From contig JAHHSP010000001.1 in NCBI GenBank assembly GCA_020025115.1, positions 1 to 35,491 on the forward strand: a DNA stretch of 35,491 nt, written 5' to 3'. The position numbers and the translations under genes were made by a program. This DNA comes from Collinsella sp. GTDB lineage: Bacteria > Actinomycetota > Coriobacteriia > Coriobacteriales > Coriobacteriaceae. The notes beneath the pieces were generated by a model that was not told where the DNA came from, did not search any database, and worked only from the letters and a program-made list of their open reading frames with translations. Positions 27,921 to 35,491 of this stretch are shown one piece after another. Each line of letters starts with the position of its first letter. The stretch's first letter is position 1.

Positions 27921-28547
27921 TTAGGCGAGCACCTCCCCGAAGTGAGCAGCGACGTCGGCGGGCATCAGCAGAGCGCCGTTGTTGACGAGGTCATAGGTGT
28001 TGGCCTCGGCGGGCGTGATGATGAACGTCTTGGGGATGTTGCGGAAGGAGAGGTAAGCGTTGATGTCATCCTCGCGAACGATGATGGTCAGACGCTTGCC
28101 CTCGATGCCCAGAGCCTTGAGCATGGCGACGGCAGCCTTGGTGGAAGGCTTCTCGAAGCCGTAATCGTCAACGAGAACGAGCTCGTTGTCGCGGAGCTTG
28201 GCAGACAGGGCGGAGCGCATGGCGAGCTTGACCTCTTTGTTGTTCATGCGCTTCACGTAGGTGCGGGGCTTGGGCCCGAAGATCACACCGCCACCACGCC
28301 ACTGAGCGGCGCGGATGGAGCCCTGGCGGGCACGGCCGGTGCCCTTCTGACGCCAAGGCTTCCTGCCGCCACCGGAGACCTCGGAACGGCCCTTGGTGGA
28401 CTGAGTGCCCTGACGCCAGCAGGCCTGCTGGCACTTGACGATGTGGTGCATGACGTGGATGTTCGGCTCGATGCCGTACACGGCGTCAGCGAGCTCGGCC
28501 TCGGCGACCTGCTTGCCCTCGACGTTCTTCACTTCAAACTTAGACAT
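27921..28547 (-). CDS. rplD: 50S ribosomal protein L4
   Basis: KPWRQKGTGRARQGS; GGGVIFGP. Confidence 0.99.
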   Translation of the reverse strand: MSKFEVKNVEGKQVAEAELADAVYGIEPNIHVMHHIVKCQQACWRQGTQSTKGRSEVSGGGRKPWRQKGTGRARQGSIRAAQWRGGGVIFGPKPRTYVKRMNNKEVKLAMRSALSAKLRDNELVLVDDYGFEKPSTKAAVAMLKALGIEGKRLTIIVREDDINAYLSFRNIPKTFIITPAEANTYDLVNNGALLMPADVAAHFGEVLA

Positions 28548-28562
28548 AGCGACGGTCCTCCT

Positions 28563-29183
28563 TTACGCCATGCGGATGGCGACCAGACCGTTCTTGCCAC
28601 CGGGCACGGCGCCCTTGACAAGCATGAGGTTCTGCTCGGCATCAATGCGGACAACGGAGAGGTTCTTCACGGTCACACGGGCGTTGCCCATGTGGCCGGC
28701 CATCTTGACGCCCTTGAGGACGCGGGCCGGGTAAGCGCACTGACCGATGGAACCGGGGTGACGCTGGATGTGGGAACCGTGGGACATGGGACCGCGGCGC
28801 TGGTTCCAGCGCTTGATGCGACCCTGGAAGCCCTTACCCTTGGAGGTGCCGATGACATCGACCTTGGCGACGTTCTCGAAATCAGCGACGGTAACGACGT
28901 CGCCGACCTTGTGCTCCTCGCCGTTCTCGACGCGGACCTCACGAAGGTAACGGACGGGCTCGACGCCGGCCTTAGCGAAGTGACCAGCCATGGGCTTGTT
29001 CACGTGCTTGGACCTGATGTCGCCGAAGCCGATCTGGACGGCGTTATAGCCGTCGGTCGCCTCAGTTTTAACCTGCGAGACGGTGCAGGGGCCAGCCTGG
29101 ATGACCGTGACGGGGACGACGTTATCGTCCTCATCCCAAACCTGGGTCATGCCGATCTTGCGGCCGAGAATCATGTTGATCAT
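28563..29183 (-). CDS. rplC: 50S ribosomal protein L3
   Basis: [23 protein letters not shown]; start ATG 29183 after GGAG. Confidence 0.99.
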   Translation of the reverse strand: MINMILGRKIGMTQVWDEDDNVVPVTVIQAGPCTVSQVKTEATDGYNAVQIGFGDIRSKHVNKPMAGHFAKAGVEPVRYLREVRVENGEEHKVGDVVTVADFENVAKVDVIGTSKGKGFQGRIKRWNQRRGPMSHGSHIQRHPGSIGQCAYPARVLKGVKMAGHMGNARVTVKNLSVVRIDAEQNLMLVKGAVPGGKNGLVAIRMA

Positions 29184-29362
29184 TCGATCTCCAACTCTCG
29201 GTGGTCTTGGGACATTGCACGCGCCCCTTGCGCGTGCCCCTAGAGGACCACATACGGATTTGCGCGCCACTCCTTGCATTCGCTTTGACCCCTTGTGCGC
29301 GGCAACCCATTTGCGCAGGTAGATGGTCTAGGCAGAATCCTCCTAGTGGACACAGCTCGTTT

Positions 29363-29368
29363 AGTATA
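29363..29368 (-). promoter_or_regulatory. Putative -10 box for the rplC transcript
   Basis: TATACT on the minus strand about 180 nt upstream of rplC; no convincing -35 box. Confidence 0.4.
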
Positions 29369-29525
29369 CACGCCTGCGGGCGTCTCCATATTGTCTTCGC
29401 AATGTTTTTGCAGGTGAAGGGCGCCGCCTTGGCTTCCGGCCTCATCGATGCACCTCCCATGCTCGGCACGGCACGCGCATAGCGCTGCGGCATGGCACGG
29501 CGCGCGGCTTTGCGGAGATGCCCAG

Positions 29526-29557
29526 ACCTCGAAACCAGCAAACCTCAAAACCAGCAA
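29526..29557. repeat. Tandem 16-bp direct repeat (one mismatch)
   Basis: ACCTCGAAACCAGCAA ACCTCAAAACCAGCAA. Confidence 0.85.
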
Positions 29558-29627
29558 TAATGGAACAACGCTCAGGATAGCGCATGCGCGTACGAGCGCG
29601 AGCCCGGAATCTGAGCTCAGGCATGCG

Positions 29628-32600
29628 TCACTCGCTGCGAAGAGCCTCCACGGGGTCGCGGCGGGCGGCGCTGCGACTGGGAATGAGCCCGGCTATGACG
29701 GTGAGGGCCACGCTGATGAGGATGAGGATGAGCGCGGAGGAGATGGGCAGGCGCATCACGTCCTCCACGTGGTGCACGGCCAGGGCCCACGCGTTCACGG
29801 GGAGCGAGACGGCAGCCACCACCGCTATGGCGAGCACACCCGCGATGAGGCCCTCGATGAAGGTCTCGGCGTTGAAGACGTTGGCGATATTGCGCTTGGA
29901 GGCGCCCATCGCGCGCAGGATGCCGATCTCCTTCTTGCGCTCGAGCACGCTGATATAGGTGATGATGCCGATCATGATGGAGCTCACCACGAGCGAGATG
30001 CTCACGAAGGCGATGAGCACGAGCGAGATCATGTTGACGATGCTCGTCACACTTCCCATGAGCGCGCCCATGTAATCCGTGTAGACGATGACCTTATCGT
30101 CCTCTCCCGCGGTGCGCATGCCCTCGTTGTAACGGTCGATCGCCCCGAGCACCGCGTCTTTGGCCTCGAAGTCAACGGGATAGATGCTCACGGACTGCGG
30201 GTCGGCTTCGTCGGCATATCCCAAGGTCGTCAAATTGTTGTCGTAGGTGAGCCTGCCGGCGTTGGCATAGCTCGCCATGAGGGACGCGAGGTCCTCGGCA
30301 TCCATGTTGAAATGAATGGCACGCGCGAAAGCCGCGCCGTCGACCGAGAACGCCTGCCGCATGTTGGCAGCGAGACGCTGGGCGAGCTGAGGCGCGACCG
30401 CTGCGAAGGTACGGCCGAGCCCTTCCTGAAGCTGCGTGCCGACTGCCGTGGCGAGTTGGGCGGAAACCGCATCGGCCACGTCCTTGAGCGCGGTCGTCAT
30501 ATAGGGAGCAAGCCGGTCGCCCACGTAGGCGCGCACGATCTTATCCAGACGATCGGCCACGGGCTTGCCCGCCACGGCCGCCACCTCATCGAGCAGCGCA
30601 GAGCCACCCTCGGGCTCCGTCGACCGTGAGTAGGCGACGAACTGTTCGACGAGCCTTTCGCCAAAATCAGGCTCGCCTGGGTGCAGGCCCGTGCCATGCG
30701 CGGGCAACCATCCCGTGATGAAACGCTGCACAAAGACGCCCGAGAGCTTTGACACGAGCCCGAGCTGGTTCTTGTCGAGTACGGGATCACTCGCAAGATC
30801 GCCCAAGATACCTTCGAAATCCGGCAGCGGCGCACCCGAGAGGGCGCCGGCAAGATCGACCCCCTCGAGAGCGCCCGATATGTCAATGTCCACGCCGCCC
30901 ATATCGAACCCGGCGAAATCAAGACCTGAGAGATCGAACCCCGCACCGAGCTTGGCCGCATCGATGTTGAAGGCCGCGCGCAGCCCCGCCTCGTCCACGG
31001 AGAACAAGCTCGCCAAGTCTATGCCGTGCTTTGCCTCCTCCTGCAACGTCGCGAACGGTTTGCCGGTGAAGACGTCCACCTCAGGCTCGGCGAGCTGCGC
31101 CCGCACGATCTGCGAATTCGCGGCGCGCTTCATGAGCTCGTCGGTCAGGCCGCCGGTATAGGCGATGCCCTGCGAGAGCGCGGCGGACTTTGCCGTGGGG
31201 CTCGGTTGGACGATGCCCACGATCTTGAGGTCCAGGCCCTGATTCACCTGACCCGCCATAAACGAGGCATCGTCTGACATATCGGTCCAGCCGCCCGTCT
31301 CAGCGTTGCGACGATACGAATCGGAGGCGGCGAGAACCTTGAATGTCATGCCGAGCGCGTCGTCATAAGTGAAATCTTCGGCGACTTCGGGAACGTCGAC
31401 TTCCCCCGCGCCGCTCATGGTGCGCTCGACCATCCGGTCGAGCGCGGCCGGATCGAGCACGCCCATGCTGTACAGCGTGAAGTCCGATACCTCGCCGCGA
31501 GCCGAGAGCACGAGGACGCACTCATCGGCCGCCTTGGCCCAGCGGCCGGCGACCACATCGTACTGCTCGTCGAGCAGCTCTGGATTGTCGATCATCTCAC
31601 TGAACGCCGTGGCGCCCGTCATCATGGTGCCCGCCATCGCGGCGCTCGACGCCCCGCCGCTCATGGCAGTCGTCATCGCGTTGGGCGACAAGCGCACCGG
31701 CCCCTCCGAGGTATCGGGGCGATACACGAGCGGCGTGATGCCATAGTCGTACTGGATGGCCGACACCTCGCCCTCGAGCTCCTTGGCGTCTTCATCCAAA
31801 AAGCTCTTGAAGCTCGCCATATCGTTGGATTTCACACTCGCGAACATATCGGAGAGCATCGTGAATATCGGAATGGGCTGCTTCGGGTCCACCTCGCGGT
31901 CTCCCCCGACATCGCCAGATGGCACCTCGGAGCCGTCGGATGCGCCCCCGGGCGCGCCCTCCCCAGATGCGGCAGCGTCCCCCGTCATCATACTCGTGAG
32001 GTCGTAGCTCTGCCGCGCGATGGTGAGCGGATAGCTCGACAGCGTGTCCTGCTCGACTTTGGCGATGTAGCCGTTCACGCCGTTGGAGAGCGCCAAAATC
32101 GCCGCGATGCCGATGATGCCGATCGACCCGGCGAAGGCCGTCATGATGGTGCGGCCCTTCTTGGTCATGAGGTTGTTGAATGACAGTGAGAGCGCGGTGA
32201 GCAGGCCCATCGAGGAGCGGTGCGCGAGTCCCTCATCGGGATGGGCGGCGGCGGCATGCGCTCGCTCGGCCTCCCCTTCCGTCACGGGGCGCGTATCCCC
32301 GGCGAGGCGCCCGTCCTTGATGCGCACGATGCGCGTCGCGTAATCTTCGGCGAGCTGCGGGTTATGTGTGACCATGATCACGAGCCGCTCGTGCGCGACC
32401 TCTGCGAGCAAATCCATCACCTGGATGCCCGTCTCGGTGTCGAGGGCGCCCGTGGGTTCGTCGGCGAGCACGATCTCGGGATCGTTCACCAAGGCGCGGG
32501 CGATGGCGACCCGCTGCATCTGACCGCCCGAGAGCTGCGACGGCCTCTTGCCCACATGCGCGCCCAGACCCACCCGCTCGAGCGCGGAGCGTGCGCGGCG

Positions 32601-32957
32601 CTCTCGCTCCGCACGGTCCACGCCCGCCAACGTGAGCGCGAGCTCCACGTTGGCGAGAATCGTCTGATGCGGGATGAGGTTGTAACTCTGGAAGATGAAG
32701 CCCACGCGATGATTGCGATACGCATCCCATTCGGCATCCGCATAGTCGCGCGTCGAGGTTCCATTCACCACGATATCGCCCGAGTCGGCGCGATCGAAGC
32801 CGCCCAATATATTCAAGAACGTGGTCTTGCCAGAGCCCGATGGTCCCAGGACCGCCACGAATTCGCTATCCCGGAAGGTGACGGACACGCCGTCCAGGGC
32901 CCGCTGGACCAAGCCCCCGGTCTTATATGTCTTGCCGATGTCGCGAATCTCGATCAT
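29628..32957 (-). CDS. Fused ABC transporter ATP-binding/permease protein (MacB/FtsX-like) with large extracytoplasmic domain
   Basis: GPSGSGKTT, LSGGQMQR and ADEPTGALD motifs; one TM after the ATPase domain; C-terminal SVLERKKEIGILRAMGA permease domain. Start at 32957 or 32972. Confidence 0.93.
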   Translation of the reverse strand: MIEIRDIGKTYKTGGLVQRALDGVSVTFRDSEFVAVLGPSGSGKTTFLNILGGFDRADSGDIVVNGTSTRDYADAEWDAYRNHRVGFIFQSYNLIPHQTILANVELALTLAGVDRAERERRARSALERVGLGAHVGKRPSQLSGGQMQRVAIARALVNDPEIVLADEPTGALDTETGIQVMDLLAEVAHERLVIMVTHNPQLAEDYATRIVRIKDGRLAGDTRPVTEGEAERAHAAAAHPDEGLAHRSSMGLLTALSLSFNNLMTKKGRTIMTAFAGSIGIIGIAAILALSNGVNGYIAKVEQDTLSSYPLTIARQSYDLTSMMTGDAAASGEGAPGGASDGSEVPSGDVGGDREVDPKQPIPIFTMLSDMFASVKSNDMASFKSFLDEDAKELEGEVSAIQYDYGITPLVYRPDTSEGPVRLSPNAMTTAMSGGASSAAMAGTMMTGATAFSEMIDNPELLDEQYDVVAGRWAKAADECVLVLSARGEVSDFTLYSMGVLDPAALDRMVERTMSGAGEVDVPEVAEDFTYDDALGMTFKVLAASDSYRRNAETGGWTDMSDDASFMAGQVNQGLDLKIVGIVQPSPTAKSAALSQGIAYTGGLTDELMKRAANSQIVRAQLAEPEVDVFTGKPFATLQEEAKHGIDLASLFSVDEAGLRAAFNIDAAKLGAGFDLSGLDFAGFDMGGVDIDISGALEGVDLAGALSGAPLPDFEGILGDLASDPVLDKNQLGLVSKLSGVFVQRFITGWLPAHGTGLHPGEPDFGERLVEQFVAYSRSTEPEGGSALLDEVAAVAGKPVADRLDKIVRAYVGDRLAPYMTTALKDVADAVSAQLATAVGTQLQEGLGRTFAAVAPQLAQRLAANMRQAFSVDGAAFARAIHFNMDAEDLASLMASYANAGRLTYDNNLTTLGYADEADPQSVSIYPVDFEAKDAVLGAIDRYNEGMRTAGEDDKVIVYTDYMGALMGSVTSIVNMISLVLIAFVSISLVVSSIMIGIITYISVLERKKEIGILRAMGASKRNIANVFNAETFIEGLIAGVLAIAVVAAVSLPVNAWALAVHHVEDVMRLPISSALILILISVALTVIAGLIPSRSAARRDPVEALRSE

Positions 32958-33125
32958 GCGCAACCTATCCATGTGGTGTCATATTCGCTTTTCGTACCCA
33001 CATTCGCCGTGTTTAGGCGAACGCGGGGCACGACGCAAAGAGCCGATGCGGAAACGCCGATGAGGGGGGCCGAAAGGCCGAAGCCCATCCCCCGGCGGCG
33101 GTGGCTGGCAAATCCGTCCGAGGGC

Positions 33126-34280
33126 CTACTCCGAAAGCTCGCCCACGGCCACGCGCTCGGCAAGGCGCGCGTCGGTCCACTGGCGGGCAAGCTCGTAGAG
33201 CACCGCCACGATGGGAATGAAGAACACGATGCCCACGATGCCAAAGAGCTTGCCGCCTACAAGCGCGGCGATGAGGGTCCACAGCGCGGACAGCCCCACG
33301 GAGGAGCCCACCACATGCGGATAGATGAACTGGTTCTCGACGAACTGGACGGCCAGGTACACGATCACGCAGATAATCGCCTGGCCGGGCGAGGCGAGCA
33401 GGGTGAGGAACGCGCCGATGGCGCACGACGCAAATGCGCCCACATACGGCACGAAGGCGAAGACCGCGGTGAGGAAGCCGATAAGCCCGGCATACGGCAG
33501 TCGGAACAGGGAGAACGCGATGAAGATGAGCGTACCCAAGATACACGCCTCCAAGCACTGCCCCGAGAGGAACTTGGAGTACATGTCGGTCGCCAACGCC
33601 GCGACATGGCGGATGCGGGCGGCGTGGCGCGGGTCGAGATGCGCGTCCATCACACGGTCGACCTGGCGGCCGAGCACGCGCTTGCTCGCCAAAACGTACA
33701 CGGCGATGACAAAGGCGAACACCGTGCTCGAAACCACCGAGACGGTGGAGCGGGCGGCGGCGAACACCGAAGTGGCGATGGAGCCGAGGCCGAAATTCAT
33801 GAGCCCCTGCAGGCCCTCGGAGCGCGAGGCCGTCGCGGAAGGCTGCAGCCAGGCCATGAGCTTGTCCACCTCCACGCCCTCGGCCGCCAGGGCGCGCTCG
33901 ATGTCGGGCAGGCGCTCGGCGAGCAGGGGCGCGACGGAGCGAGCGGAGGCGATGAGCTCGGGCACGAGCATCGTGACGGCCACGACGGCCACGCCGGTGA
34001 TGGCGATGAGCACCAACACGATGCTCCCCGTCGTCACGAGACCCTGCTGAGGACGCCTATCCTCTGGAAGACGCTCGACCAGGCGGCCGATCAGGCGCTC
34101 CATGCCCGAAACGGGCACATTCAGCACGAAGGCGAATCCGAGGCCGAGCAGCACCGGGAAGAAGATGTCGATGACGGCTGACAGGGCGCCGATCACCACG
34201 TCGAGGTGCATGACGGCGGCGTACAGGCAGACCCCGAACGCGATCAACGAGGCGGCGCGGCGCGATTTCTCATCGGACAT
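33126..34280 (-). CDS. AI-2E (PerM/UPF0118) family transporter
   Basis: Multi-TM protein; FAFVLNVP, FVPYVG and QFVENQFIYPHVVGSSVGL motifs; start ATG 34280 after AAGGAAG. Confidence 0.9.
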   Translation of the reverse strand: MSDEKSRRAASLIAFGVCLYAAVMHLDVVIGALSAVIDIFFPVLLGLGFAFVLNVPVSGMERLIGRLVERLPEDRRPQQGLVTTGSIVLVLIAITGVAVVAVTMLVPELIASARSVAPLLAERLPDIERALAAEGVEVDKLMAWLQPSATASRSEGLQGLMNFGLGSIATSVFAAARSTVSVVSSTVFAFVIAVYVLASKRVLGRQVDRVMDAHLDPRHAARIRHVAALATDMYSKFLSGQCLEACILGTLIFIAFSLFRLPYAGLIGFLTAVFAFVPYVGAFASCAIGAFLTLLASPGQAIICVIVYLAVQFVENQFIYPHVVGSSVGLSALWTLIAALVGGKLFGIVGIVFFIPIVAVLYELARQWTDARLAERVAVGELSE

Positions 34281-34394
34281 GGGCTTCCTTACATGAGGGA
34301 GGCGCCCACGGCCCCTCAAGACCCCGGGCGCCACACGATTTTGAGCCTTATACCCAATCTTTTGCGCGCATCACACAGGCACCCACCCGCGTGC

Positions 34395-35491
34395 TCAATC
34401 GCCCACGGACAGCACGTCTCCGGACGGGGCGATATCGGCGCGGCCTGTTTTAAGGAAGGTGTAGATGGCCTTCGAATAGTATGCCGAGCCGAGCTCCGAG
34501 GGATGGGAGTAGTCACGCAGGAAATACCGGTCATACTCATGGCCGGAGAAATCCGCGACCTGAAATCCCGCATCGGCGGCCGCGTCGCGCACCATGCGAT
34601 AGTACTGTTGGCGGATCTCGCGCGTGTAGACGGTCCGGTCGTAGGCCTCCCCCTTGACGGGCTGAATCACGATGAGCGGCTCAACCCCCGTCTCGCGGCA
34701 CACGTCGAGGACCATCTTGAAGTCCTCGAACTCCTGCGAGCTGAAGTACGCGTCGCCTCGCACCTTCCAGTTCTTGTTCGCACCCTCAAGCCACGTCTCG
34801 AAATGCTTCCCGTACCAGGTGTCGTTCATTCCGAGGTCGTTGGCCGTCGCCTGAGACCGAGCGGCGCGATCGGCCTCGGTGAACACCGCATCCCAATCGG
34901 GGGCGCCGGTCGCGCGGACCGGTTGCGTGGTCGACGCGTCGTCCAAAGCATGGGAATCCCGTCCGTCCAGCGCCAGGTCGTGCGCGAGGCGCACGTCGGA
35001 TGCCAGGGTCCCCACCGCCTCGTCCACGTCGTGCACGAGGCGCTCGACGGGCCCCTCGTCCACGGGCTCCCCGGCACCGTACTCGGCCGCGCGCTCGGCC
35101 ACCCGACGCTTCAACTCATCCGAAATATCGCCGTTCTCCATGAACGCCTCGAAGGCCCCGGGCGAGTACACGCCGGGGAAATCACGCGCGGGGCGGCGGT
35201 AGGTCATGAACCATTGGATGCTCGGGAAAAGCACCACGCGCCGCGGAGCATCGGCCACGGAGGCAAAGGCGCCGATCTCGATGGCCTGCCACAGGTCCGC
35301 GCAACCCGCGCGACCCGCCATCAGGGTGCCCACATCGTAGGTACCGGGGGCGAGCAGATTGCCCGGATGGGAAAAGCCCGCCGACTTTGGATTAAGCTCC
35401 GAAGACCCGAACACCGGGGCGACCGACTCACCGCGCTCGACGCTGTTTTCATATTGGCCCCGCATGAGCTGCCAGCTCGACACCTCCTGCG
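34395..35491 (-). CDS. dltD: D-alanyl-lipoteichoic acid biosynthesis protein DltD (N-terminus outside the window)
   Basis: PVFGSSEL (catalytic Ser block), GRAG, SIQWF and C-terminal YFLRDYSH (DxxH) motifs; the frame stays open to the window edge. Confidence 0.8.
   Translation of the reverse strand, partial: QEVSSWQLMRGQYENSVERGESVAPVFGSSELNPKSAGFSHPGNLLAPGTYDVGTLMAGRAGCADLWQAIEIGAFASVADAPRRVVLFPSIQWFMTYRRPARDFPGVYSPGAFEAFMENGDISDELKRRVAERAAEYGAGEPVDEGPVERLVHDVDEAVGTLASDVRLAHDLALDGRDSHALDDASTTQPVRATGAPDWDAVFTEADRAARSQATANDLGMNDTWYGKHFETWLEGANKNWKVRGDAYFSSQEFEDFKMVLDVCRETGVEPLIVIQPVKGEAYDRTVYTREIRQQYYRMVRDAAADAGFQVADFSGHEYDRYFLRDYSHPSELGSAYYSKAIYTFLKTGRADIAPSGDVLSVGD

Noticed and set aside
29240..29557. 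105-aa minus-strand ORF of S10-like size where rpsJ is expected
   Set aside because: The translation shows no S10 motifs and overlaps the putative promoter and leader.
117..35202. Many long overlapping ORFs (e.g. 548-1612, 2993-4561, 17516-18997, 27909-29243, 32220-34181)
   Set aside because: They are antisense or alternate-frame shadows of well-supported genes, as expected in high-GC DNA, and show no family motifs.

Overview
High-GC chromosomal window from an actinobacterium, most likely Coriobacteriia (Collinsella-like, inferred from ribosomal protein style and gene order). The core is the minus-strand S10-spc-alpha ribosomal cluster (rplC to rplQ, 29183 down to 9205). Downstream lie a fused EcfA-EcfA'-EcfT gene, truA, argR, a class A PBP (+ strand), a U32-family gene and a partial tyrS. 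Upstream lie a fused ABC ATPase/permease, an AI-2E-family transporter and a partial dltD. Departures from the textbook layout: rpsJ is absent in front of rplC; the spc operon is split between rplX and rplE by about 4.5 kb holding a second U32 (RlhA-like) gene and a Gfo/Idh/MocA oxidoreductase, with a terminator after rplX and a promoter before rplE; a perfect 24-bp inverted repeat near this breakpoint overlaps a 39-codon ORF; several ribosomal spacers are long and strongly structured. No rRNA, tRNA, CRISPR array, transposase or integrase was recognised. All calls are by eye, with no database searches.
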